From NCBI GenBank assembly GCA_013239625.1, contig MU053810.1:4744071-4808070 (forward strand): a stretch of 64,000 nt of DNA. Reading direction: 5' to 3'. This document shows, piece after piece, positions 13,361 to 26,768 of the stretch. Made by a program: the position numbers and the translations under genes. Every line of letters begins with the position of its first letter. The stretch's first letter is position 1. A model generated the notes under the pieces. It saw only the letters and a program-made list of their open reading frames with translations, made no database searches and was not told where the DNA came from. The DNA is from Lama guanicoe. Its lineage: Eukaryota.

Positions 13361-14463
13361 GCACACCCTTCCTTGCCAGTAGTTAAGATCTCCAAGTCGA
13401 GTCAGATACAGATAACTGATCTTGAAAGTAATAACTATAAACAAGCAGTGCTTATTTGGCTTCCAGATAAATTATTTCGTACAACTTTGGAAATTTTTTT
13501 GTTAGTTCTGTAACATCCAAAACCTAGTATCAGACTGGTTGTTTATTCAGGGACCTGGTAGCAACTTTCTCGAAGTGAACTTCAGTGCAGGGGTAGCAAG
13601 GAGCACTGTGGACGAACTGCCCTCTCCTCCTTCCCGCTTCCTTCTTGGCTTCATGTGCTGTGTCACTCATAAAAACCCTTTTCACAGGACAGGGCAGGGA
13701 GCTGATTCATGAGCCTGATTTGGAAGTGAGAATTCTTTGAATGGAGACTGCCTACATGTCTGCTGCCCTTCCAGACTTCTGGCAGAGCCGTCAGGAGAGG
13801 ACAGGAGGAGAGTTAAAGAGCATTGAAGGGGAGGGTTCTGGAAGCAGAGACTAGTTGCTCTCGACAACCCCCACCCCGGACCCGCACCGCCCAAATATTG
13901 AGACATACACACGGAGGCAAAAATATCCTGGTGATTTGCGATGCAAAGTAATTACTGCCAACAGCATCAGCAGGGATGCAGCTGCTCATCCCAGCCCTGA
14001 ACTTGGGCTTGCGGGATCAAAGCAACTTGTTTCCCACTCCATTGCTGCATAAAATCCAGGGCTGGCTAACAACCAACACAATGGAAAGTCCATGGGAGCA
14101 GGACCTTCCTCTTCCTCCAGCCTTGGCTGGGGCTCTTAGCCGTTGCTGGAGAGATCAGGAGAGGTTTAACGCCACGCCCTCTGCCCTTTGATATCCAAAC
14201 CTCATCTCTTGGCTTGGCTCTCATAAATATCGATATAGATGTTAGCGGAAATTTCCCCTGATGGGGAGCTTAAGTCCTGGCATTTTTCAAGTTGTATCCT
14301 TTGCACCTGCACGATACCTTTCTTCCTGGGGTTTTGCTTCTGTCTCCTCTGTGAGTCCCCATCAGGGTAGCCCTGACTCTATGAGATTGTGTCCAACCAC
14401 TTCAGCACGGGCTCCCTTGGTGCAAGATTTCACTCTGTAGAGGGTTTCCAGGGAAATCATTCT

Positions 14464-14668
14464 CTTTTTTCAATTAAAATATAGTTGATTTACAACACTG
14501 TGTTAGTTTCAGGTGTAGGGCAAATTGATTCAGTTATATATATATATTTTTTTTTACAGATTATTTTTCATTATAATTCCATTATATATATTACAAGATC
14601 ATGAGTATAGTTCCCTGTGCTATGCAGTTCATCTGCTTATCTATTTTATATATAGTAGGGTGTATCTG
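14464..14668 (-). mobile_element. LINE-1 3' tip
   Basis: tatagttgatttacaacactgtgttagtttcaggtgta...tatagttccctgtgctatgcag. Confidence 0.8.
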
Positions 14669-15841
14669 GGGATCATTCTTTTCTTCACACTTTTCCTAAA
14701 ATCTCTCAGGTGAGCATTTTATATAAATACTTTTTATATAAATTATGTTGTTTTTATACATACTTGTAGGCGAAAAAGCACACGTTCATTGTGTAAAGAG
14801 GAGAAAATGTTTTTTCAGCTGCACATCACCTGGTGCCAGACTGTTTCCTCTCTGTCCCACTTTTTCCCATGGGGTTGGCGTGTAATTTGCAGGTGGGGTA
14901 CCATCTGGTCCTGAGGCACTAGACCTGCTGCTGTGGATTCGCAGCTGAGAAAATACACCTGATCTGTGTCATTGATGTTACCTCAAGAAACAGGCCTGGC
15001 TGACTTGGAATCATAGGGTTTTAGGGGTGGAAGGAAGTTCCTATGCATCACCTTTTATAACCCATTCACCTTCCAGGCAAGACCTGGCGTGGATGGAGTG
15101 ACTTGGTCAGGATCACAGAATACGGAAGTGACAAAAACAGGGCTGGAGCTCAGGCCACCAGTCTGTCTTTCTCCATCTCCAGTGCCTTCCTGCTTTTGTT
15201 CCCACCCCTCAGGGCCCCACAAGGTGTGTTTTCTTCATTGACATAGGCAAACACCCTACATATGACTGCGCTTAGCCATCCGTTGTGGTTGAACACAGCC
15301 AGGTTTCCCATCCTGTCCGGATAGCAACACAGGCCTGCCATGGGGCCAGAGCTCATTAATTGGAAATGCATGGATGGGCCTGGACCAAAAATAAATGGAT
15401 TTTGAGCTAACCAGATTTAGATTATCCAATATTTTTATGGAAGGAGAATAAGCCATCAAGTCAACTGAAAAATACCAGCTGCTTCAAATTATGAGATTCT
15501 TTGAATAAAGCAATCTTGGCTTAAAAGGGTTGAGTAGTAGTATAGCATTATTTGCAAAAGTCAGCCTCTTTGCTCAAACAAATGGCTCCTATGATAACCT
15601 TGTTGGAAACTTTCATATGTCCCTACTCAGACTACTTTCAGAGTTGTTCTACATTTGGAACCAGTGATTTTTGGCAGCACATAGAAAAACAGGTTTTTTA
15701 CATTTTCATAATTATAAAATGTTGTAGTGAGTACTGGAAAGGTAAGTAGCACAAAGAACTTGAGAATTAATGAATTTTATTGTTCATCGAAACTAAATTT
15801 AAAAAGTTAATTTAAAATTGACACAAAGAAAAGCATTAAAA

Positions 15842-15893
15842 AGTAGTAGTAGTAGTAATAATAATAATAATAATAGTAATAGTAATAATAATA
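15842..15893. repeat. (TAG)n/(TAA)n microsatellite
   Basis: Read directly from the sequence. Confidence 0.9.
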
Positions 15894-18800
15894 CAGTTGC
15901 TGTGAGGATATGGCTAAAGTGGTGACAGTCTCTTGCCAAAAGACAAGCTGTTCAGTACATTGTTTTGGTGCGGACTTATTTCTTTAAGACCTGTTCCAGT
16001 AAAAGGTGTGAACGTGGAGTGTGTCATTTCAGCTGAAGGACCGCTCCTTCTGGCTCGGGCAGCGCTAATTCACTCCATATTCCTGAAATCCAGAGAAGAT
16101 GTATCCCTCAGTTGGTTGATCAACACGTGCACTTGATTTCTTTCATTTCTTTCTTTTTTTTTTTTCTTTTCCAGTGAAATCAAAGGTCATGCTTTCCCTT
16201 GTTCTGATTGAACTCTTTGGACCTGTTCCTTTCCGTTTGCCCTTGATAATGGTAGCAAGAGCTGCCAAGGAGAAAGCTACACAACAAATCGTAACGATGT
16301 CAGTGATGAGGTAATTCAGACTCAGCAGGGACCGGATCTATACTGTGCTTTGAGTTCAAAGCATATTTCTCGTGGATCACGCCTCTGAAGCCCTGGGTGT
16401 CGCGGTCCGGGTCTGATGGCTTCATCCAGGATGAGTGCCTCGCTCTGTTCCTTGTAGTCACTTCCAAGGAAGAAGGTGACTGAATGGAATATTCTGTAGG
16501 TGGGTCCCTAACTCCCTTGCTAGAGGGAGCAAGGGAACATTCTGGATACATATCCACAAAGTGGATATCATTTTTGCTTGCCTTTAAAAGCGGATCTAAA
16601 AATATATATCCCAGCAGCTGTGTAACTGCAAAACAACAACAAAAAATCTGCTCAACTGCAGCGCAGATTACTCACTAGATATCTCCAGGGTTCAGATCTT
16701 AATGCTTCAGGAGTTGGCTGCAGATTTTACTGTATATATTTAGACCAAGGAGCCTATTAGCTTGCGATACGACAGGACCTCTGCATTCGCATGAAAATGA
16801 AAAATGTGCCCCTGTTGGCAACCTCAGGCTATAATTATGTTAATCTGACCATTTTAGGACAGAAATATGTTCTTTTAAAATGTTTCTGTATTTTTTTTAT
16901 TATTCGTAACAATGATCTGAAGAAACTTGGTGAAATGCTAATAAGTTTCTATTCAGTACCACTTTGTGACTACAGCATGAAAATGAGTCAAATGTGGTAT
17001 TTTGATATTTTTAATTTGGGCAGAGAATTTTTATCTACAGATATGTACACATATACATGGTGCATTTTAATAATATGAAAATGACCCAAATGCATTTTTA
17101 TATTTTAAATGTACAGTGAATACATGTGCAAAAGCCATCTCAGCATATATGCTCAGTAACACAACATGTCTGCTTTTGCATTCAATCGCCACTTTGCTAT
17201 ACCCACAAAAAAGCCAAAAATTATTTTTTTGAGCAATACCGCAAGATAAACGTTTTTCTACCAAGAACTATCCTAATGCACACAGATCCCTGTTTTTAAT
17301 ACAAATGTGGGACAAGACTGGAATGGACTGTAGAGTTAAAATTCTGAGAGCATCCAAAAATCTGTCTTTAGCTGATTGGTTCGGCTTCCTTCTCACCAGC
17401 CAAAACTTTTATTCCATCCACATGCAAGTGATGACATGCATTACCTTTTCCTTCTCAAAGAGAGGTTCTCCCAAGTGATAAGATGGGAAGAAGAAGGATC
17501 CGAAACAAAGATGTGGGTCGTCACTCATCTCACAAAATTTGTAAATAATTAATACTTGAGCCTGCTGGTACCAGTATAAAGTGGACGGGGAGTCTTATAT
17601 AGCCTGATCTGGATTTAGCATCACCAGTTAATTTGGGAATGGAAATGAGGAAAAGCACCTCCTTGAATGGGAGTCCTTGGTGTATAACTGGACTTTTTTC
17701 TCAAGGTTGAGGTCTTTGGAATATAAGAGCGTGGTGCTCTTATACCAACTGCATTTAGAATCTTCATTCTTTCTTGGGCTCTTGTATCTCAAGAAGACAG
17801 TGTGTCATTCTCTTCCTCCTCCATATATTAAAGTGGGGGTTATCCATCCTATGGGTTTTGCTCTCACAATTCGTGAAGTGAGCCCACGAATGTCTGTAGG
17901 CGATATTAATCATACCGCATGTTGAATGCACTCTCTGCATGCGAAATCATATAAGAATACTAATTTAGCTCATTTGATATTCACAAACCAGAAGGGTAAG
18001 TGAAGAAGGTGTTCCTGAACCAGCTTAGCAGCAGAATCAGAGGCTCAGAAAAGTTCAGCGGCAGGACCACAGTTGTGAGCATGAGACCACAGCCCAGGGG
18101 GATCCTCAGGAAGCAAAAACAAGTCTTTTCATTTATAATCCAGCGTTCTCACCATCACCCTATGCTGGCTTCCTTCCGTGTCATGATGGAGAAGGGCATT
18201 GATCGAAGAGGAAGGGTGATTAAATCATTTTTTTTTTAATTGGAGACTAATTTGTAGACTTCAGCACATTGAAGGAGAAGTTGGGAGTTGAAGGTCTTTG
18301 GAATCAAGCCAGTGTCTTCTGATTTTAAGAAACTCCTTTTGTCTGTTTAGTGACCCATATCTTGCTGTCTTCTCTGGGAGAAATTTTGCCCCAATGTTAC
18401 TTTTCAGAGGAGGGAAGAAAAGGGACAGAAAGGCTAATACAAAGAAGAAGAAGAAGAAAAAGCTGGAGGTTGGAGTGGGCAGTGGGGGAAAATGAGCTAC
18501 TTTGAGGTCAGCCTGGATCCTGATTCTGTTTGAAGTGATTTGGAAGATTTTGCTGCTAATCATGAACTTTGAAAGGTACTCCATGCTGACGAAGCTTGTT
18601 CGTCACCTGCCTCACCTCCTCTGTGACAGAAGACTCCTTCCTGTAAGGGGGCAGTGTTGGGGGCGAGGGGCGCATCTAGACTGGGTGTGCCCTGTTGCCT
18701 GATGGAGTGTGATTTCCCTACTTACTGGGCGGATATCTGTCCCTTTGGTTCCTCTTGGGCTAGCCCATGTGAGGAATGCAGGGTGTCACTCTAGGAATGC

Positions 18801-19727
18801 TCAGATGCCTGGCAGTGTGTCCCTGGGATGCAGCAAGCAGATCTTGTCTCTGGGAGAGGCTCCTGGCAGTGTTAGAACCTGGTGGGGAGCAGGGACCCGG
18901 CTGTCAGAGCAGGGTCAGGCCAGGCGGGGCGTGGGCGGTGAAGCTCTCCAAGCCCACGACTCCCAAACTGGTTGTCTTTGAGGCTGTTATTTATCCAAAT
19001 AAGGAGATGCAGTGGTTTTGCTGACCATCTCAGATTTCCAAGCCATGTCCACTGGCTGGCTGGCTGGCTGGCTGGCTGGCTTGATATTTGAACTGAAAAC
19101 ACAAAGGTATTCCTTTGAAATGGAGCACTCTTGCTGGGGCTCACGGAGGCCCTGGAGTCATCGTTTGGAAGGCGGTGTCTCCCCACATTTGTAGATAACA
19201 GTGATGTGGTCTTGTCTTTGTTACTCTCCTCTTGTGCCGCTTACAACACTCAACCCGGATGACTTCGCGCAGGTATTTCTGGACCTGAGTTTAGACAGAA
19301 TAATTCTGATCTTAGTGATCCTTGAACCACTTGCCTTCCTTTGAAGGGTATTCAGAGAACCTCAGGCCTCTGAGTTTTAACCCTAGAGTATGAGATTGTT
19401 CTGGCCCTGTTATTTGACTTCGGGACCGCAGTTCCTTTATCTGTCAAATGGGGATTATTTCGTTTATCTGATGGGAATGTGCTGGGAATTAAATGGAAAT
19501 TCTGGAAAGCATTTGGTAAATGAGAAGTCTCCAAAAATACGAGTTTTCTTTCCTTATCTCCATCTTCTTCTGGCAGATTTAATTGAAAAGTATTTACAGA
19601 TGGAGAAACTCCAGGTAATTATGAATGTCACCCAAATAAGATCGGCTTTCTGAATTAGGTTTTAACCAAGTCCACACTAGAATGGAGCTTCTGATGGGAG
19701 CTTACCTCTTCCCTTGACTCCCTGGAA

Positions 19728-19914
19728 CAGTTTTTCTCCAAGGGTGGTCCCTGGACCAGCAGGTCACCATCATCTGGGGACGTGTTAGAAAGACAGTTCT
19801 CAGCCCCCCACCCCACACCTGCTAAATCAGACACTCTGGAAGTGAAACCAATAAACTTGTGTTCCAGCAAGCCCTCCAGGTGATTCTGATGTATTCTGAA
19901 TTGGAGAACCACTG
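19728..19914. mobile_element. MER5A-like hAT-Charlie MITE
   Basis: TIRs cagtttttctccaa...ttggagaaccactg, internal aagccctccaggtgattctgatg, 8-bp TSD ccctggaa/ccctagaa. Confidence 0.85.
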
Positions 19915-22685
19915 CCCTAGAATAATTTGCTAGTTGGGTCAGAGGTCTGTCCATCCCCCAGGGCACTTGCCACTGCCCCACCTCTTGTCTCAGGCCATGC
20001 CTTACCCTCTGCCTGGAATACATAAGAAAGGAAACTCTTTCTGAAATTCTGCTTCTAATTTATGGACCCACTTAAATCTCACCTGCTTGGAGAAGTGCTC
20101 CTTAACTATCCCAGCCTGAAAAATCGTATATTCTTCTATATACTCCAGAGGGTTTGTCTGTTGCTCTCGTTTCAAACTTGCCAACGTTATTCTGGCTTCT
20201 GTCTTATTTTTAATACTCACGTATATGCCTTGTCTTCTCTACTTTTAAAAGGTAGGAATTATGGCTTAAAGATTCTTTTCTCTTCATCAGCCTTAAGCCT
20301 GGGCTTTGCAGGCATAGTGACTCCTTGATAACTATTTCGGGGGCCCACAAAATGTTATAGCTGGAATGAGCCTTAGAGACAGCAAGAGCTCAGGCGTCTT
20401 GCTTTCAGATAAAGTAGCTGTTAACAAGTGGATCAGAAGGCAGGTTCCGCGATTCCCCGGTTAGTGTTCTTGCTCCTCCCCGTGCTGCGTTGATGGGGGA
20501 GAGAGACCTGAGTGGGGGCCTTCAGGCCACCTGCCTGGTCCAGACTAGCAGGTGTTGTTTGTTTGCTGCCACAGACTCCAACCAAACCCAAGGAAAACCC
20601 AGGGGGAAGCCTCCCAAAGGAGGGTTTTCAAAGGTGTATTCATGTAATTTATAAACTGGGAAACTTTTTGATTCTTTCATAACGAATGAGAACTGGGAAA
20701 GTTCTCGAGGCTACTGAATTATGTAACATGGTATCTGTTCCCCATCGTACATGAGGGAACCTCCCCAGTTCACATACTCAGCATCCCAGGGGTACCCACA
20801 GAGCTTCTTTTAGTTTCGAGAGCTGTCGTTAAGAGGAGAGCCAGTGACTCTTCTGAACCCAGGAAAAATTGGCACGAGGGCCATTTTGATCCAGATCATC
20901 GTCACTGTTTTTCCGTGTTTATTTGGAGGAAAAAAATTGAATTTGGTGGATTTGTTGAATTATTGTCCTCCAGTGTTACCCTCTGGGGCTCTTCCCTCCC
21001 TCAACCTTTTCTTCTTTTGACACATGGGCTAATATTGTTCAGCTGAGGATCAAAATAATGGCACAACGAAACCACCTTTCATCAGAAGCCATCCATAAAA
21101 TTCCCTTTAAAATTGGCTCGGCTGGCATAGCTCATCTTGTATTGTGTTGTTTGTTCTATTACTTGGTAATAGAACCAGCGCATAGCCTCCTCTGATCGAT
21201 ATGGAAACAGAGCAGAATGCAGGCCATGGGATGGTGCCAACAGAGGGGCCAGTGTTATAACGCAGGTGCACAGGGCTGATTACAGAAAAGTTGGGAGGAA
21301 TGAAGAGGGAGAGGTGCAGAGGGGCAGGGAGCAGGCGCAAAGGGGTTAAATGTATCAGGGAACCCTTAGTGTTAAGAAGCTGAGACTGCTCATAGCCCTG
21401 ACAAAGGGGTTGATGGAGGGAAAGGAGGCCCCGAGATTTGAGTGGCTACATTGTGAGAGGACAGTGATAGACCAAGAATAAAAGACCGTTTGTTTTCCAA
21501 ATTGGCATCCACCATTCATCAGTTTGTTTACCAGCATTTTCTCCAGAGGTCTCTGAGGAATATCTGTCTTTTAAGCTACCACTGTAGAGCATCAAATTCT
21601 GTGTCATTTGTAATTGGTTCACTGTTTATCTTTAGATATGACAAGGTTTTATCATATCGTCAAACTAAATTTTTTTGTAATTCTTACATTGTTGGGATTG
21701 TCCTAAAGCTATTATAATATTGTATCAGCTTTTTTTTTCACTTACGACATAATCAACTTGATCAGTTTCCTTAATGAATGATCAGTGGGGCTTGAGGCAC
21801 AGTGACAGAGATGGAATGGGTGCATCTCTGAGAGGTGTGGTCCCAGTAATGTCACCCAGTAGCGGGACTGGGGCCATAATGGGGAAGGATATTCATCAAA
21901 TGAGGCCCAGCTATTTAATCCCATAAGTTATCTGGTGTCTGTGACTAATACACACATATGTGTGTATACATACACATGTATAACTAGTAATGTCATGTTA
22001 TCTATATAATGATAATTGATTTGTGATACATAGTATATGAGTATATGTCAGTATATTTTATATATAAGCATAGTAGGTACTAACATGTATATTAGGTAAA
22101 TACAATGTGTAATTAATTATATAACTAATATAACTGATTTTGAGGCAAGAAGATAAAACCTAACAGTAAAGTCAAGAGAGCATCTGGATAATTAGAGCCT
22201 AAACCCACTGAGATGTCCTGTTACTCTTTTCCTTTGCTGTGAAAATCTGGACCTGAAAGTGGAGCAAATGAGGTGCTTCTCAAACAGAGTTCACCGGGCT
22301 GCCCGCTCAAGGTCAAAACTCAAGCACGTGAACCCTCAGTAAGCCCTACAGGGAAGGTCTTGGGAGCACAAGCCCTCTCAGAGCTGCCTGATGTCCTGGA
22401 GGGCACGGGATTTCACACGGAAACAGGGAAGGCAACAGTGACAGTGGTGAGGCCTTAGATGGGGGCTCTTGCTGCTTCGCTGCATAGTCCGATGTGAAGT
22501 TGGGCAGGTTCTCATCTCCTTGCAAGTCCATTTCCTAACCACTCAGATAGAGATGGTGACACTGGACCTGTGCCTTTCACTGAGGCCTGAGGCTTGTGAA
22601 ATAAAATCACACTTGAAAACACTGTCTAAATGGCAAACTGCTGGATGATTTGTGTGTGTGTGTGTGTGTAGCTAAAATCCTTTGT

Positions 22686-23401
22686 TGGGAACCCTCCTAC
22701 GCTGTTGGTGGGAATGTAGTTTGGTGCAGTCACTATGGAAAACAGTATGGAGATATCATAAAAAACTGAAAATAGACTTATCTTATGATACAGAAATCTC
22801 ACTCTTGGGCATATATCTGGAGGAAACCCTAATTCAAAAAGATACATGCACCCCAATGTTCACAGCAGCACAATTTACAATAGCCAAGACATGAAAGCCA
22901 CTTAAATGTCCATCGACAGATGACTGATAAAGAAGTTGTGGTTTATTTATGCAATGGAATACTACTCAGCCATAAAAAGAATAAAATAATGCCATTTGCA
23001 GCAACATGGATGGACCTGGAGATTGTCATACTAAGGGAAGTAAGACAGAAAGAGAAAGACAAATACCATATGATACCACTTACATGTGGAATCTAAAAAA
23101 AGTGACATAAGTGAACTTATTTACAAAACAGAAACAGATTCACAGACATAGAAAACAAACCCTTATGGTTACTAGGAGGAGAAGGGAGTGGAAGGATAAG
23201 TTGGTAGTTTGAGATGCAGATACATAAAATAGATAAACAAGGTCCTACTGTACAGCACAGGGAACTATATTCAATATCTTTAATAGCCTATAATGAAAAG
23301 GAATATATATATGTATGTATGTATAACTGAATCACTCTGCGGTATGCCAGAAATTAACACAACATTGTAAACTGACTCTATTTCAATAAAAATAAATAAA
23401 A
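22686..23401 (+). mobile_element. 5'-truncated LINE-1 with perfect 13-bp TSD
   Basis: L1 ORF2 C-terminal remnants (QKDTCTPMFTAAQFTIAKT), 3' UTR, aataaa tail; TSD taaaatcctttgt at 22673-22685 and 23402-23414. Confidence 0.95.
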
Positions 23402-24950
23402 TAAAATCCTTTGTAGAATAAATGTTATAAATAATTAAACAGTATATTATATATTGCAGTATGATCTTGACCAGTTAATTAGGAGTTTAGAGGACTGTTC
23501 CAAAAAGAAAAACAAAATCTAAGGCTCTGAAAATTTATATTGGGGTAAGAGAGATGGCTTATCTAGAGGCACCACAAGGGAGTTGTGTATGAAAGATAGT
23601 GTCCGTCTAGGAAACGGGTGGATATACAGAGATGGAGATAAGTAATGAGTTATTTGTACTATCTGTTGCAAGTAGTAGAAAAAAATATCACTTTACAAAC
23701 CGTAACTATTTTAGATATAAAAAGAAGTTGTCCTTGGCCTGGATAATACAGAGGTATCCCAACAGAAAACTGAGTATCAGTAAGAGAAAGACATTATTCT
23801 TTTATCTGTGCTGCAGCTCCACGCAGTTACTGATTGTGCCCTAGAAGTTACATGATTTATTTAACATTGTTTGTTTATTCGTTTCCACACTGAGATCTTG
23901 AGTCATCACTGGGCACAGAATTAAGGCAGCCAGTAGGTCTGGTACTGGACGGCTCAGCAGAGTTCCCCGTGTCAAAATATTTGTGGGAATAATGCTCATC
24001 TTAAATATAGCCATCAGCTAACCATTTCTTTCCTGAGAATTAAATAATTTTGGCAACAGTCTGTCTGTCTCGTGTCTGGGAGACGTTCCATTTATGACCA
24101 AGTGAAACACTGATAGGTTAGTTAAGACCGCAAAAGTGACCATCTTTCCAATTTTAACAGTGTAAGCAAGATGAATTTGAAGTTCTTCCAGCATCCAAAT
24201 CATGTACCTTCACAATAGTATTTTCACGTTTGTAAGCATAGTTGAGATTTTCTTTTAGCACATGTAATTTTTTTTAAGTCAGTAAAGATGTGAATGCGAA
24301 AGGGAAAATGGGAATAAATTGCACAAGACTGTTAGCCTTACCAGAGCATAAAAAAAGCATTTCCTGTTGAGGTAATGCTGATGACTTATTAGCATGTCTT
24401 TTCTTAATACTCACTAGAAATAAATTGCTTCCACTCTGCTTATAGTGCCAGTCAGTGAAAGGAGCAGGGAGGACCAAGAGTAGCACACTTAACACACTGC
24501 TGGGAAGAGCAGGTTCACAAAGGCTGAGCATTTAACTCATCATGATTCACCGCAGGATGGGGCCAGCTTTCAAACTCCTGACAGTGGATTACTGCTCTGG
24601 TACTGACATACTGACGTACTGACGAAGCCAGGGATGTCCTCCCCAACAGAGCCCTGAAGCATTTTGAAAGTGAAAGGAAATTGCTCTGAACTGGGTAGGA
24701 AAGAGATGGGAGGGGTGAACAGGACCATCTCTCACCCCGCACCCACTGACTCCCCTGGTAGCAGGGTCCTCAGAAGCCACCTGCCTCTAAAACAGCTGAC
24801 GGGGGTTCGCGTGCTGAGCCTGGCGGGGCAGTGAGAGCTCAGTGTGTCTGTTTCCTGGGGGGTGGGGGTGGCATCACCCAGACGCCTCAATCTCATTCAC
24901 TCTCCCAAACAGTCCTGCACCTGTAAGCATTGGGGAAACTAGTACAAGAG

Positions 24951-25085
24951 CGGTGCTGAGTATAGCTCAGTGGTAGAGCACATGCTTAGTATGCCTGATG
25001 TCCTGGGTTCAATCCCCAGTACTTCCATTAAATAAGTAAATAAACCTCATTACCTCTCCACCCCAAAAAAAGTTAGCAAAAAGTT
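24951..25085 (+). mobile_element. tRNA-Ala-derived SINE (Vic-1-like), first of a tandem pair
   Basis: tatagctcagtggtagagcacatgcttagtatgcctgatgtcctgggttcaatccccagtacttcca plus tail. Confidence 0.9.
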
Positions 25086-25290
25086 GGGGGGAGGGTATAG
25101 GTCAGTGGTAGAGCACATGCTTAGCATACATGAGGTCCTGGGTTCAATCCCCAGTACCTCCATCAGAAAAAATAAAAATAAAAATAATAATAATAATAAG
25201 TGGAAAAAAACAAACTTAATTACCTCCCCCGTCAAAAACATTTTTTCTAAAAATTACCTCCACTGTCAAAAAAAGATTTAAAAAGAAAGA
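25086..25290 (+). mobile_element. tRNA-Ala-derived SINE (Vic-1-like), second of a tandem pair
   Basis: ggggagggtataggtcagtggtagagcacatgcttagcatacatgaggtcctgggttcaatccccagtacctcca plus a tail with a duplicated aattacctcc segment. Confidence 0.9.
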
Positions 25291-26399
25291 GCACTGCTGG
25301 GTTGGACATCTTAGGCCCTAAAACGGGGGCTTTGTGGGGTGCGGCAGGGGTGGAGTCATGGCAAGAACAACCTCTAAAGGCCTGAAAATGTTTGAGAAAT
25401 GCCCCTGCTGCCAGGAGCAGGGTCGTGGCGGGTGGCTTGCGGCCAGTGGGCCTGGAGCTCCTTGTCGCTAGATTTCCACTTTCCACCCCGCTTGGCCCCC
25501 GAGGGCCCGAAAGCAGGATGGGGATTAAAGGGAGCCGACCTGTGAGCTCAGGAAATGCCTCCTTTCTCTCTCCCCTTTTGTTGGTAATGTGTTGATGCCT
25601 GTCTCCGCTGAGGGCCGCACAAGCCGCTTCTTGTTGGTACCCACACCTCCCAGCGCCTGCTCCCTGGGAAGGAAATAGCTGTGTTGATGGCAGTTGCCCA
25701 CGGGGGGGGGGGTGTCTCTGGGGACCGCCCTGGCCTTCTCCTCCTCTGCCGTGTTGAGGGTGGGGCATCAGGGCGCTGGTTACCTTTCTGGGATACCCTC
25801 TGCTCAGCCTTGGCTGGCCCTCTCCCTCTTTCCTTCTCCTTTCAGGTATGTTTTCTAGGATGACTGCCTTTGCTTGCCTGAGGCCGCCTAGGATGGGTGA
25901 GCGGCTGCTACTCAAAGTTCAGCTTGGTGCAAGCTGGCTGGTTAATTAATAGACAGCCTCCCCTCTGTCACCCTCTTGTTTTCCCTCCGGTGTTACAAAC
26001 CGGGGGAAGAGGCTCACGTTTCCTTGGGTTTCCAATCCACGGACTTCAGAAGTCTGGCAGCAGAAAGGGTGTTGGGCGCTAGCCTCTCTGGGTTTTCTCA
26101 GCAGCACCCTCCCCTCCCCATCCCCAATAGAACAGCTGATCTGAGAGTGGGTCCTGGGGGTCATTAGCACGTTGGGGTTTCTGATGGTTTTGTTCGTTGG
26201 TGCCTGACTGTTCGCTAGTTTTAGTGATCCTCTTTGGTGAGATCTGTCTTATAATATTTCCTTCATGGTTAACCCGTTTACCTAGGCCTCTCAGAGTTCA
26301 TTTGTTGGTGTGTTTTCTGTGTAAGCAATTGTTAGAGGACTGAGTCACCCGTGCGGTAGCCTGTGGTTGGATGTGGGCTGAGGTTATTCAGTGACTAAT

Positions 26400-26768
26400 T
26401 TCCAAGGGGAGGAGAAATTGGCTTATCATGGGGCGGACAACTTTTTATCCATGCCTGTAGCAGCTTCGCTCGGAAGACGGGGTGAAACAAAATGGTCTTT
26501 CCTGGCTGTGAATACGCAAGCTGGGGAACATTTTAGGATTTGTGGGTTTGTTTGTTTTGGGGGGTTGGATTTTTTGGGGGTTTTTTGGTTTTTTTGTTTT
26601 GTTTTGTTTTTTGGTGATTTCTTCTCTGAAGAGAAAGCTGTCTAAATTATCCAAGTGTGGAACGGAGGATTTAAATGAAGCCAGCAAACAAAGGAATCGT
26701 GTAATTGGGAGCTCAGCCAATGTGCTTTTTCCCGGCGTTAGTTACACAGGTGATTTCCTTAAGAAAAA
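26400..26768 (+). promoter_or_regulatory. Candidate internal promoter and non-coding alternative first exon of KIAA1217 (5' boundary unknown)
   Basis: Donor AAA|gtaagt at 26768/26769; GC box ggggcgga near 26430; GC-rich repeat-poor upstream block; next coding exon starts with ATG. Confidence 0.45.

Noticed and set aside
25247..25915. 222-aa minus-strand ORF
   Set aside because: Low-complexity translation of GC-rich DNA ending in a SINE tail; no recognisable domain.
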